Source of the DNA: the human T2T-CHM13v2.0 reference genome, Homo sapiens
Reading direction: 5' to 3' (one strand)
Assembly: GCF_009914755.1 (NCBI RefSeq)
Contig: NC_060926.1
Length of the DNA stretch: 64,000 nt
Made by a program: the position numbers and the translations under genes
Shown: positions 46,272 to 60,552 of the stretch, piece by piece
Position numbering within the stretch: the first letter of the stretch is position 1
How the letters are laid out: the number at the start of each line of letters is the position of its first letter
Notes under the pieces: model-generated
The model's input: the letters and a program-made list of their open reading frames with translations, nothing else
What the model was told of the DNA's origin: nothing
Databases searched by the model: none

Positions 46272-46654
46272 GTATTTGTCTGCTAGAGAGGCCATAACAA
46301 GATAACACAGACTGAGACTGAGTGACTTAAACAAAAGGAATTTAGTTCCTCACTGTTCTGGAGGCCAGAAGACCAAGATCATGTGTTGGCGAGGTCAGCT
46401 TTTCCTGAAGCCTCTCCTTCATGGCTCGCAGATGGCCACTTTCTCACTGTGTCCTCACGTGATATTCTTTGGACATGAACATTCCTGGTGTCCCCTCCTC
46501 TTCTTATGAGGACTCCAGTCATACTGGATCAGGGCCTCACCTTTTTTGCCTCATTTAATCTTAATTACCTCTTTAAAGGCTTATCTCCAAGTATAGTCAC
46601 ATTGGGGGTTAGGGCATCAACATAAGAATCTTGAGGATACAATTGTCTATAACA
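46272..46654 (-). mobile_element. MLT1A0-like MaLR LTR
   Basis: gccataacaa...ttctggaggccagaag...cctcatttaatcttaattacctc...ggggttagggc...ataaca. Confidence 0.8.
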
Positions 46655-47320
46655 ATATCCACTTCCATAGGTGTTTTATGTGAATAAGTATCACCTGAAC
46701 TTTGGGGAGGAAAAAACAAATGGAAGGATATATACCTGAAGGAAATCAGTTGGTATGATTCAAGTTTTTTTCTTCTATAGACTTAACTTGCATTTTCTTC
46801 ATTTATCTATAGTAACTTCTATTACCTTTTGTAATAAGGGAAATATTTTTTGAATTCAGAGAAAGTATCACATGAAAAAAGTAAGTGATAATGCTAATAT
46901 AAAATTTTATGTCTAAATATGAAGCACAGAGAAAACAGCCTTCTACTTTTTTCAAATAATCTTGAAGGCCCACATGTAGGACTATCTGTAGTTTTTTATG
47001 AACCCTGACTCTTCACCTGAGAGAAGTCCATTTCTCAGCATTGGCTTTTTAGGATGAATGGCATTGAGTCACTTAAAAGGGACTTGACCTCATATGAGCC
47101 AAAATGTACTTTGAAATAAAGTATGAATCTTTAAGGTGATACTGGAGAAATGCTTCCTTAGGGTCCACATATATATCAGTCAGAGATTTGCATGCTGTTA
47201 GGGTAACAGTAGATGGTAAATAGAACACTCAAAAGAAATAGAAAGCCTGTTCAAAAACAGAAAATGCCAAAAATTTCTCCTGTAAGTTGTAATTGATGAT
47301 TAACTCCCACCAGTTGATAC

Positions 47321-47780
47321 TGTATCAGTTAGCATACTTTAACTACTTATAGCCAAAAACCTGATTTAAACCAGGTTGAAAGGTAAGGAAATGCATTGAC
47401 ACAGCCACAACTTTAGCAATAGGTTATGTTTAAAGGTTAGATTTTGGCACCCAGCCATCTGAGCTAGGTCCTGGTACCTTCTATCTCCATTCTGACCTCT
47501 ATGGTGTCAGCTGTATGTGGTTTTCTTGTGGCTTTCTGTATGTGGTTTTCTTAGGGCTTTCTCTTGGGAGCAAGACAACTTTCTCTAGAAGCCCTAGACA
47601 TACTCCTCTCATGTCTCATTGTCCCAAATTGAGTAGTGAACTTATTCCTGAACCAGTCCCCAGTAACGGATATAGGGTTGCCATGATTAGCTCAGGTCAG
47701 TATCCTAAAGGCTATGTTTCTGTGCTATGGGAGAGGAGTAGACTGAATGTTAGAAAATAAACCACAGCATGCCCTACACC
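47321..47780 (-). mobile_element. Old MLT1 (J/K-like) LTR remnant
   Basis: tgtatcagttag...tctcattgtcccaaatt...cctgaaccagtc. Confidence 0.45.
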
Positions 47781-49710
47781 ACACTTGGCATCTCTCACAA
47801 AGGAAATATTCAGGGTGCTGAAGGGCCAGTGTGATTATAATTTATATGATGCCCTTGAAGTATCAAGATGTTGCCAGATCCAGTAGAGGTCAATGTTTAT
47901 CACACTTGCTAGGAAGCTCAGTATAGTAGCAAAGTTACTTTTCCTTTTATTTTTAATGCATTATGTGAAAAATATTCCTTGCAAATTTCAGATGTTTTCA
48001 CTGAAGAAGCTTGAAATTAACATGTACTCAGCCTTGACTTTCCACGGTTTTAAATTGTAGAAATTATCAGTAAAATATAGACATAGTAGATAAGTACTGT
48101 TAATAGCTAGGCACTTGGGGCTATTCATTTTTTTATATATGAGAGTTCCAAGAGCTGTGATTTAAATTTCACATTGCTTCTTTAACTCCAGCCTCAGCAA
48201 GTGCATACTGTTATTCAGATTTTCAGTGATCTATTAATGTGTTAAAGTCAAATTTTGGAACATGTTGACATATTTTTATTCTATCTGGAAAATTAAACTT
48301 GTTTTGAAGATCCAGAGAACCAGTATTCATTGGGAGAGATAAACAGCACTGAAAAGATTCACCATTTATACAAAACACAAACAGTGCAACAGATTTAGGA
48401 TAGAAATGTGAAAATAGGTGTCTCTAAAAATATGTGTAAAGAATCAAATTGAAATTGAATAAGCAAGACTGTTCACAAGTATACCATTTTTAGTTTTAAC
48501 TTTCCAGCTGAAGGTTAACTTTGAAGCTCAAAATGGTTCTTATTTAGAAAAAGATTGAGTACTATCCTTGACTTAATAAAAAACAACAACAACAAAAGAT
48601 GGGACAGGTGGCCAATGATCCTAGAGCACAGATCATCAACTTCCAATTCTGAATGCCATGGGACAACTTAAAATGTCTAAGGAGTGAGTTAGTAGGGATG
48701 GAGAGGAATATATGCCAGACATAATAGGGCTCAGAGCCAGAGTCAGTCCTCTAAACAGTTGCTTCTCCCTCTATGCTATGGGAGAGGAGTGGACTGCATG
48801 TTGAGAATAAACCACATCATGCCCTATAACAGACTTCATCTCTCTCAAAGGACAAGGAGAAAGAAGGAAGGTAAAGGATAGCAACCTAAATCTAAATTCA
48901 CATCAAGTGGTAATGGTGATTATCCCACCTAGAGGAAGAATAATGATGATACAACAAGAACAACCTGTGAAGAGTATGTGCCCAACACTTCTCTAAGCAC
49001 TGTAAAGTCCATATCCCATTTGCTCTTCACAAAACCCTACGAGGGTAGGGACTATTGTGTCCATTTACAGCCAAGGCTTATAGTGAGCATGCCAAAGCCG
49101 TAGAGCTGGTAAAAGGCAGGACTGAGAGCTGCCTGACTGCACCTTTTGTTCCTTAAGTATTCAACTTATGTAGAAGGGGAAATTAATAATGTTCCTAGTA
49201 GGAAACAATAGTATTTTAATACTCAAAGAAAATGGTACTGTTTGAGCCTTAATACCAGTTGGTTTTAAGTGCTTCATGCATACCCTTTTATTTTGAAGCT
49301 GAAAGGTATATTATTTATTGGTATTTTTAGTCTAAATATATCTGAATCAATCCATTCAAGACTGTTCTTCAAAATGTACTGACTAGTGCCAATCTGTCAT
49401 GCTTTATTACTAGCTATGTACTGTTACATGTCCATGTCAACGTGGCACAGTGAATGATTGCTGAGTTACTAAATCCAAGTTTTATCTTCTTAGAGTAACT
49501 TTTCTTTTTAATTTGAAAAACAATGTACAAAATCAGCAGCCTCAGCATTTCCTTTCAACTCAAATGCATCTTAGATGACAAGCTACTTAACTCAAAACTC
49601 TAATCCATGCAGTTAGATTCATGAATTTAGATCTGGAAAATAGAAAATAGATTTTTATTTTAATTTTTTTAAAGCAGGTGTTAAAATGTAATCTTAAATA
49701 AGTTACATGT

Positions 49711-50068
<358 letters not shown>

Positions 50069-50647
50069 TTAGTTGTTATGAGATCACTGAGTTAAAAAAA
50101 TTGTGTTATTCTGTCATTGAACTATATAATTGGATCTGATACTTAGGCATGAGCAAACCAGGATTTCTTCACTGTACTATGCATGTAGAGACTACAAAAG
50201 CCTCTTTCCATTCTTTTGTTTTAAACGTACAGATGTGTAAGGATTTGGGCTCCCTCCCATTCTCAGTGAGCTGGGACTCTTATAATAGTCGTGGGCTCAG
50301 CTTGATGTGCTCAGAGACACTTCATGCTGGATATTACATTTGTAAAATTCAGTTATAGCCTGTAAGCTTCTGTAACTTAAACATGAATAAAGTACTCAAG
50401 ATTTCCTCACTCTGAGACTAAAAATTAAGATTTGAAATATTAAGCAAGTGCTTCATTCTTCCAAGGTATAAACAACTATGGGCCCAAGTGAGTGTGGTTG
50501 TTCTAACACAGTGCTGGCTTTATAAAATATTAAAATATGAAACTTTCCAATAGTCACAGTGTCTGAAACAGAACGAACCCGTTTTCTAAAGCCCGTATAG
50601 ACAGATGACAGAATAGACAGCATCTAGATTTATAATTTAAACCATCT

Positions 50648-50918
50648 GGCCATGCGCGGCGGCTCACGCCTGTAATCCCAACACTTTGGGAGGCCGAGGT
50701 GGGCCAATCACCTAAGGTCAGGAGTTTGAGACCAGCCTGGCCAACATGGTGAAACCCCATCTCTACTAAAAATACAAAAATTAGCTGGGCGTGGTGGTGT
50801 GCGTCTGTAGTCCCAGCTACTCGGGAGGCTGAGGCAGGAGAATCACTTGAACCCAGGAGTGGAGGTTGCAGTGAGCCGGCGACAAGCGCAAAACTCCATC
50901 TCAAAATAAAAATAAATA
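50648..50918 (+). mobile_element. AluS with right-arm deletion
   Basis: gtgagccggcgacaagc junction; TSD ataatttaaa(c/g)catct. Confidence 0.9.
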
Positions 50919-51421
50919 ATAATTTAAAGCATCTAAAAAGCAATGAGATCTTTTAAAAATGGCTTTTACTGGTGACAGCCACCTTAATTTGCCTATTTAA
51001 AAGTCTGTTGTTTTCATGCCAAAAGATTTAAAGGCAGTATAAATCCTTCGTAACTGCAGGTACATTTTTTTCTTTACAGATTACAGTATTTTAGCCCAGT
51101 TATAAATGGTAAATGAAAGAGGCACATCTCAACTTTTGACTATCCATTTCATTATTGTCAGTTTCATATGAACCAAGCCCCAAGGCCATGCTAACCTCTT
51201 TCACCTGTTCCCTATACGGAGAAGCTCAGTTGTTTGTTGGTACTGGCTCCCTGTGCCAGAGGCCATGGTGCCAGAAGGTCTTGATAGGATATGAGAAATC
51301 AGTTCTTCTACCTGCACAGAATTTGGCTCTTCTACTCAAGAAGTACAGAGTTACATGTGGCTTTGTGGCTTTTGTGTTTGGAGATATTTACTTAATATAA
51401 AGCTTTAAAGTTATCAAGACA

Positions 51422-51570
51422 GGCCAGAAGTGGTGGCTCACATCTTTAATCCAAGGACTTTGGGAGAATGAAGTGGGAGGATCACTTGAGTTCAAGACCA
51501 GTCTGAGTGACATAGCAAGACCCCTGTCTTTATATATATATATACACAAATATATATATATATAAAATAA
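51422..51570 (+). mobile_element. Alu left monomer (FLAM-like) with (TA)n tail
   Basis: ggccagaagtggtggctcac...gttcaagaccagtctg. Confidence 0.8.
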
Positions 51571-53656
51571 AAGTATCAAGATAGTCAACTCTCCCTCCTT
51601 GTATAAAAGCCATTCTCCATTTCCTCCTCTCTTGCTTTTGGAGTTAACACATTTTCGAGTCTCTATGATGCTTAAGGAAAGCCTAGGCTGCCAGCACTGC
51701 TCAAGGAAATGAGTGTCAAGGTGTAAGCTGTCTTTCTTCTCTCCACACCTAGTTCCCTTCATCACTTTGTCTTTTTTAGTTTCTAACATTACAGTGTTAC
51801 TCTTTACTTGCTTATAATATAGATGACATTTTAATTAAATTATAATATCATTCTAAAGTTCTAGATTTTAAACAAGCAATTTTAAAAAAACTTTTGGAAT
51901 ATTACCTTTTTGTAAAGTGAACCCTTTCCCCCTTCACAAGATTGTTATAATTCTTTCAGAACCAAGACTTCATAGAACCCAAGTTGGAAAGAAAAAAAAA
52001 TACCATGGAACAAGTCATAGAAATTGTAGTAGATGCTAACATCCAAAACTTACTATGTGCCAAGTACTGTCCAAAGAGCTCACTGTACATTAGTTCACCA
52101 AATTGTTAACACAACTCAATCGAGAGAGCATTATAATTATCTTCTATATTTTTAGATGAGAAGATAGCAGACTATACAAATATTGGTCAACTACTCATTT
52201 CTAGAGCCTTTTTAGTGGAGGGCATTGTGCTAGGTACTGAGTCTAAAAAAGCAAAGACATGGTCCTTGCCCTTAATGTACTTGAGCATCTAGTAAGGGCA
52301 CAGGATGGCAACCAGGTACCCAAATGAGGTTATCAGTGTACGTGCTTTAAGCATTCACAGGGGGCAAGGCCACTTTGGGCCTTGGTACTTGAACAAGCTT
52401 CTTCTTAGAACCCTTGGCATTTGAACTAGACATTGAAGGGATTTGAGATGAAATACGTCAGGAAAAAAGGCTGAATATTTGAGGCAGAGGAAGTATTTTT
52501 GGCAATTTTGTGAAATATTCGTTAGAATATTTGTGTTGAGTAGGAAAGTTAAATTAAGAGGCCTCTAATTGGCATTCTCAGCACCCAGGTGAATAGTGCT
52601 GTTGACAGTGGTATGGAGATAGTATTGAAATGTGATTTACCCTGACTACTATGTTGGTATCAGTGGACTCCAGGAGGTAAAGTTAGAGAAAAAGGGTACA
52701 GCCTAGTAAACAGCCTTTATTGAGAATTTGCTATTTAAGCCTCACAACAACCTTCTTAGGTAATTTATAGATATAGGAACTAAGTAAGCCACAGAGATAT
52801 TGAGTAACTCAGCAAGAGGCAGAGCCAGGATCCCAGGCAGTCTGTGTCCACAGCCCTCCCTCCACACTCGGTGCTGCCATGAATCTAGAATCTTTCATCA
52901 AGGAAAATTTCTCAGTGGTGCCATCAAACTTGCCATCTCAAAACTTGCCATTTCTGTACTGAACATTATAATCCCACAGACACACATGGTACACACACAC
53001 CTTTACTATAGATCATCAAGAAGAAGGAAGAAAGAAAAGGGCATTCTTCTCACCATTTTGATACCAATTTGTAAAAACACATGACTGTATTTGATCCGTA
53101 AGCATTAGGAACCACCTGTATGAGAAAGGCTGGGCCATGTGAATGAGCTGTTCCTAAGATTTTAAGATTGACTGTGACACTCACGTAGAATGACTGAGTA
53201 GAGAGGTAGAAGGAGCTACATGGGGAAAGGAGATCGGTCAAGGCTGTTGTGAAAGGTGATACTGATGAAGACCTGTAATCCTGATTGAGGAGAGAAGTAT
53301 TTACACAGATGTTAGAAGCAGAAGTATTGATTTCCGAGGAGTTTTGAAAGTAAATGAAATGTGAACATAGTCCTGAATCTGGCTAATTGGCATGACAAGT
53401 TACAAGAGGTAAAGACATCTTATTTACCTCCATGTGAGAGAAAGGAAAGGGTGAGTGGCACTGAGGAAAGGCACCTAAAACAAGGATTATGGTTGTGGTT
53501 GGCGGGCAGAAATGAATGGCCTCTGAGGTCTGCAGATAGAGAGTGCTCTAAAATATTAAACTAGCTTGTACTGTCTAGTCAAGGAAAAGCTTCATCTCTC
53601 ATGAAGTAATAGAGATGAAAGATTGCTGGTTTTTTTTTTTAATGCAAGTGAGTTAA

Positions 53657-54181
<525 letters not shown>

Positions 54182-55087
54182 CCCAGTTCTCTTCTTTGGA
54201 GCCAAGCAGGTCTGGCCTAGTCTCTCTTCAAATACAGCTCCACTGAAGCTTTCTTCAGTGAGGCTTTCATTTGCACTTCCTCTACCCCCTGCGAACAATA
54301 TACAGCACTCCTGAAGGGCTGTCATTTCAACTTTGAATCTAAGCCTGTTGATGTAGGCATTTTCATTTATAAAGCAGCTCTCATTAAGTGCTGATTATTT
54401 TGTAATTCAGTTATGAAACCAAATTGAAGCCTGGTTCTTACCCTAAAGTAAATCACAGAGTAATGGAGACTGACAAACATTTGCAGAAAACTTGAATAAT
54501 CATTTTTTAAAAAGTGAATACAACCTAACCTGTTCAGTGGAAAGGGTAAATGTGGGATAAGGTGGGGGAATTGCTTCCTATCTTTATTACTGCTATTGAG
54601 GTAAAATGTAAAGAGTGAAATGTGCATGTCTTAAATGTGCAATCTGATTTTTCTGACATATGTAAGCATCATGTAATCCACACCTGAATCTAGAATGTGT
54701 CACCCAGAAAATTTCCTTATGCTCCCTTCTCATCGTTTCCCACCCTCACAGGCAACGACTGTTCTGATTTCTATCAGCACAGATTAGTTTTGTCTGCATC
54801 ATATGGTTCTGTAAGTAATCAAAGTCCTCATCAAAAGTTTCTCACTGAAGGTAACATGGTTCAGGAGACAGTAACATTCAGAGACTCCGCAGCAACAAGC
54901 CGTGTGCCCTTGGGCAAAATTCCAAACTTCTCGGCCTCTTATAAAGAATTGGATTAAGTGATCCCCAAGGTCCCTTACAGGTCCAACACTCCACCTACAT
55001 TTCTAATCTCTATGGCCCCACCATCTACTTGGTACCCTGAGCCAAAAACAAACCTGGATTGACTCCTCCCTGCTCCTCCTCCCCATT

Positions 55088-55167
55088 CTCCCACATCCAG
55101 TTGGCCACTGTACGGTGTCACATCCGTCTCCCACATCCAGTTGGCCACTGTACGGTGTCACATCCGT
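55088..55167. repeat. Perfect 40-bp tandem duplication
   Basis: ctcccacatccagttggccactgtacggtgtcacatccgt twice. Confidence 0.95.
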
Positions 55168-55765
55168 TCTTCCTTGTAACTTTTTTGGACATGTCTTTTT
55201 TGGCCCCTACGTCCTCTCCATTTCTTGCCTGCTGTATTGTAGTAGCCATCAAACTATTCTACCTCTTTTGCCCTTGGTCCTCTCCAAACCATTCTGGTCA
55301 CTGCCCGCAGAGAGTAATCTTTGCTAAAATGAAACATATGGGTTCCTTCTGTCTGAAATCCTTAAGTAGTTCTCCACCATGTAAAATGCTTCTCTGCCAC
55401 CTACAGAATTGAGTTTAAATTCTGAAGAATAACATGGGGTCTTGGACCACATGGCTCCTGCCCACTTTTAGTGTTCCCATCCCCACTGTGCTTTTCTGCC
55501 AGAACATTTGCTCTGCCACTACCCCACCTCATTCCTCTCCTTTACTAACACCTTACGTGTTCCCATAAGGTCTATTTAGGCCTTTATGCATGCCTGCCTC
55601 CCCAGTTACGTTGAGAACATCTTGAGTGAGGTTTAGGACCATGTCTTACTTGACTGTCTATCTCCAGCATCTAGCACTCTGGCCTGTTTAAGTGAAAACA
55701 CTTTACCCCCTAAGTTAAATTCAGGATGACAGGATACAGGATCAGGGTCTTACTTGGAGTTCAAG

Positions 55766-55890
55766 TTTATTTATCTATTTATTTTTAAAGATGGAGTCTC
55801 ACTGTATTGTCCAGGCTGAACTCCTGGGCAATAGCGATTCTCTCACCTCATCCTCCCGAGTACCTGGGCTTACAGGTGTGTGCCCCTGTA
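55766..55890 (-). mobile_element. Degraded AluJ/FRAM fragment
   Basis: agatggagtctcactgtattgtccaggctg...cctcccgagtacctggg. Confidence 0.7.
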
Positions 55891-56420
55891 GCTCAAGTTG
55901 ATGTTTTTTAAAATAAAAAAGTATATGGTAGTTTTCACATGTTTCTCACCACCTAAGTCTGATTTTAAGTTAAGTTTTTCTTTTCAGTAGCTATCGTGGT
56001 AACATTGGGTTAAAGGTGAGAAAGTCTACTTTTATTTGGAGAGATGGCTATATTAATAGGAGGTATCAAAACTGAATTCTATTGGTGTTTAAGGAGCTAG
56101 CCCTGTAATGTTTAATTCCCATCTCAAATTTGAGTTAATGTGCTTAGTAGTTTTAGAATGGCAGATTACTGTTTCTGCAAATGAAGATATTTTCTTTCTA
56201 AATATTTTGTGGTAATTAGCAAGCAGGAAATAAAACTAAAGATGACTGGTAAATATTGACCCAGGTGTCCAGGAACACCAGTATCTCTAACCCTTGTTTG
56301 TTCATTGTGGTTCACACTGTCCTGATTTTTCGGTTTCTGGTGCTGCCCTGCAGTGTGAATCAGCATTATCACCCAAATTGAGCACTGCTTAATCTATGTT
56401 TTCATCTTTTCGAAACCCAG

Positions 56421-56923
56421 GTAAGAACCTTGATGCTGTCCATGATATCACTGTGGCGTATCCTCACAACATTCCTCAATCAGAGAAGCACCTCCTCCAA
56501 GGAGACTTTCCCAGGGAAATCCACTTTCACGTCCACCGGTATCCAATAGACACCCTCCCCACATCCAAGGAGGACCTTCAACTCTGGTGCCACAAACGGT
56601 GGGAAGAGAAAGAAGAGAGGCTGCGTTCCTTCTATCAAGGGGAGAAGAATTTTTATTTTACCGGACAGAGTGTCATTCCACCTTGCAAGTCTGAACTCAG
56701 GGTCCTTGTGGTCAAATTGCTCTCTATACTGTATTGGACCCTGTTCAGCCCTGCAATGTGCCTACTCATATATTTGTACAGTCTTGTTAAGTGGTATTTT
56801 ATAATCACCATTGTAATCTTTGTGCTGCAAGAGAGAATATTTGGTGGACTGGAGATCATAGAACTTGCATGTTACCGACTTTTACACAAACAGCCACATT
56901 TAAATTCAAAGAAAAATGAGTAA
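56421..56923 (+). CDS. LCLAT1: LCLAT1 terminal coding exon (C-terminal 167 aa of lysocardiolipin acyltransferase 1)
   Basis: GKNLDAVHDITVAYPHNIPQ...LNSKKNE* is recognised as the human LCLAT1 C-terminus: acyltransferase C-terminal region, hydrophobic TM stretch, KKXX motif. The ORF-track start at 56396 is intronic; the exon is phase 1. Confidence 0.96.
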
Positions 56924-59900
56924 GATTATAAGGTTTGCCATGTGAAAACCTAGAGCATATTTTGGAAATGTTCTAAACCTTTCTAAGCTCAGATGCATTT
57001 TTGCATGACTATGTCGAATATTTCTTACTGCCATCATTATTTGTTAAAGATATTTTGCACTTAATTTTGTGGGAAAAATATTGCTACAATTTTTTTTAAT
57101 CTCTGAATGTAATTTCGATACTGTGTACATAGCAGGGAGTGATCGGGGTGAAATAACTTGGGCCAGAATATTATTAAACAATCATCAGGCTTTTAGCGAC
57201 AAGGAACACACACATTTTTCTTAAAGGCCCAATCCTAACAGACTCCCCGTACCAGAGGCAGATCTGGAACTCGTCAACAACAGCCCGGATCACATGCTGT
57301 TACTGGACTGCCCAGGTCACCTCATTGAGGTGAGCGCTGTCCCTCCAGGTACTCAGGCAGGTGGTGCCCAGGCTCCCTCCCTTGGCGTCCTTCTTCCTGC
57401 GCCAAACCCATCTCATCCTTAAGATCAGAAAATGGAACCCCCTTTGTCGTGAAACCGATCAAGCATTTTGACAGGAAGCCCTTCATTATTCATAACATTG
57501 TATGCTGACCAAGACGTCAGAAGACCACCTGTGCCCTTTTCTCTCGTGGAAGATAAAACCTGGACTCAGGGAGCAACCACAGGCTCTCCACTTTGAAACT
57601 TTAGTTTGAATTTTAAAAGATAGGAAGTAATACAGTTTAAGTTCCTTTCTCACACTCAGTATTGCATGCTTAGTGCTGGTTTTCTTACAACATTTTGGCA
57701 GGTGTAGCTTTTTCTGTTAAAAATGGTATACATGAAGTCACATACTTTTTTAAAGGAACACTCAGAACATTCTGTCATTCCAGTCAGAAACTGTCTTTTG
57801 AAATATTTCTTTACAACCTACCAAAAAAGGAAGGTTGTTTTTTCTACATGTGCTTGGGTATCTAACATCTACCATTAAAACAACAAATGGCTTGCAGACA
57901 GGGCAGTAATGGTTTATCCTAAATTACTCAACCCCTTGTAGCCTTGACAAATTTTACCTTAAAACCAAAATGAAACACAAAAATTAATCCTTAATAATGA
58001 TAGCAAGTGATCTTTCTTTTTAGTTTTAGCCTTCCTTTTTCAATAGTAATATTTAAACCCACTTTTGACCAATTGTTTGCCCAAATATTCTTGTCATTTG
58101 GAGTCAGTGGAAAATCCAGCACACCAAGCACCAGTCTTCTTCTGAGGCAAAAGAAAAGTGTTGTCATTTTCACTCTGTTGGAGCTGCACACTTTTTTTTC
58201 TTTTTTTTTTTCTTTTTTTTTTTGTCGTGTAAGAAGGATGCTGGTCAGAGCTGCAGAAAATATGAGGCAATTAAAAGTCTTTAGCTGTTAGCAAACCTGT
58301 TAGTTTTACTTCTGCATTGAACCAGCCTCAGAAGCTACTTACTGCTTTATGTACTCTTTGGGCATTAATGCCTTCTCTGTAATTATATCTCGTTTTTGCT
58401 TGACAGTGACCTACCCAATAATTGCATCGTGCATTGCCATGAAAGGTAAACACATTGTGAACTGAACTTACCAAGCAGATTCTGTGAGAAAGCACTGGTT
58501 GAGGCTGAACACTGTTGACACATCATTTTTATTGGAAGAGTATTAACTGGTGCCTCTTCTGAAACACACCAACCCATATTCCTCTGCTCCCCCAAAGCTG
58601 TTTCTGATCCTGCTGGGAGCAACTAACTAGTTATTATGCACATCTGCTCCAGACCCAGCTCTTTAACTTCATGGTTTTACAGCTTGTTTTTTCTTTTTCT
58701 TTTCTTTTTTTTTTTTTTTTTTTAAAAAAGCACCTTTTTTTGTTGTTTCCCCTTAATAAAAGAGGTTTCTAATTTATGTTTCTCTAAGATTTCCTTTGGT
58801 TGTATTTAGAAACACAAATAGTTTTATAATCAGGATTGCATTTGTGCTGGGTAAAAGAGGAGAGCTGTGCTTTCTACCCCAAAGTTGTTGGTAATGGAGC
58901 CGGTCTGCCCTTCCTACAAACTCAAGAGGCTCATTGTTCAAGGTGTAACAACATTTAATTGCATGTCCTCTAACGCTTTGAAACCTTTAGAGGGAAGATC
59001 CTCATTTTTTACAATTTTGTTCCTTTTCATCATAGAAAACATGTTTAAGATAAAATACAAACTTTACCTACCCCAAATTCATAAAGTACATTTAGTGCTG
59101 TATAGCACTAAAACTTAGAGATACAGACACTGTACTTACTTTTTAAGAATTAGAGACAGTAACTCCAAAAATAATTGTCCTTTTTTCTTTCTTTCTTTTT
59201 TTACAATAAGGCTCTTGAAAATTGTCATTACTTGTGTTTTCCTATACATTCATCTGTGTGAAAGCCTTTTTCTTCTTTGATTTAAAAAAATTAACTATAC
59301 AGTTAATGGTTTAGAACTTAGAACTACTTAGAATTAATGCTAAAGTGTCAGGAAGAAATTAATTTAGCTTCAATAATTGTGACTGGCCTCAGGAATTCTC
59401 CCTTCCACACCTGCCCACCTCACCTCACTGCACCGCACCGCACCAGAGCCAGAGCAGCTGCTTGTCTGCAGCAGGACACAGTTCCTACATACGTTTCAGT
59501 TCTTTCATGGTAAGCTCAATGGACTTTGAATTGTTTACAGTGCTGTATGTCCAATTGTTAAATGTACCATTCTGAACGATGTTAAAGCAAGTGTGGTTTA
59601 TTTATGGCATGAACCATGTAACTTGAAATATGAACTTACAAGGAGGGGCACTCATTAGGTAACAAGTTCTTACACCAAACTTCCTTGATGAAATAAGCCA
59701 AAATAATCCTAAAATTCATTAGAAGAACTTGATAAAAGACTCAAATAAATGTTAGAAAGAGCCCGTAATTTTAGGACTCCTATAAAATTCTTCCTTGTTT
59801 GTTAATGCTATTAAAACTCAGATTCAAGGGAAATACCAGCTTCCACTTGAGTCACTTTGAAATAGTTAATTCAACAGCACCATGTTAGAAATATATTGGC

Positions 59901-60530
59901 AGCCAAGACTCTGAACTCTGCAGAAACATTTGTTTCACCCAGACTTCAAACTCTAGCCCTGACTATGATGCCCCTGTGTGCATTTACAATAAAGACTCCA
60001 ACGGAGGGAGCCTGTTGGTGTTAAATTGTTTACATTTCTTTATACAAATAATGTGCTTTCAGTGCCTTAGTTACAGCTCCCTTTCTGTTTCTTGTTCCAA
60101 GGATTCTGTAGTATGTAGTGTGTTTCTTAGGTAAAGTCTCTTTTTGCTACTGAAAGGGAAATGGTCTCTAAACACTGGTCACTGTAGCAGGTAAACACTA
60201 CTCTAACGTGGAGAAATGAGCTTCATGCTGAGGTAGTGGTTGCCTTAGAGCTGTTATTTATGCTGTAGAAAACGAAAATGGTTTTGCTACCTGATAAGCT
60301 TCAGATTAGATATAGCCCTAAAGTTATCCTGTACCTGCATTAAATTTTCATTTTAGAAGAGAATCTTGGTTTTGGTAATTCATTTTTTTTTAAGATCATT
60401 ATGTGCAAAACACCAAGTTTTAAAAATAACTCACAGAATGGCCTTAGTTTTCAATGTCTGATGGTATATTTGTGAGTTGTGTTATCTGTAATATACATCC
60501 CAGAATAAAGGAGTGAATTAAATAGTTTAC
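56924..60530 (+). other. LCLAT1: LCLAT1 3' UTR (~3.6 kb)
   Basis: Repeat-poor AU-rich sequence from the stop codon to the distal AATAAA with downstream GU/U-rich element. Confidence 0.8.
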
Positions 60531-60552
60531 ATGTGTGTTACGTTCTGTTTTT
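60504..60552 (+). terminator. Distal poly(A) signal AATAAA (60504-60509), ATTAAA (60517-60522) and GU-rich downstream element
   Basis: TGTA upstream; atgtgtgttacgttctgtttt downstream. Confidence 0.8.

Noticed and set aside
56396-56420. ATG-initiated 175-aa ORF as a standalone gene
   Set aside because: MFSSFRNP is read from the intron's pyrimidine tract; LCLAT1 similarity starts at the AG|G junction.
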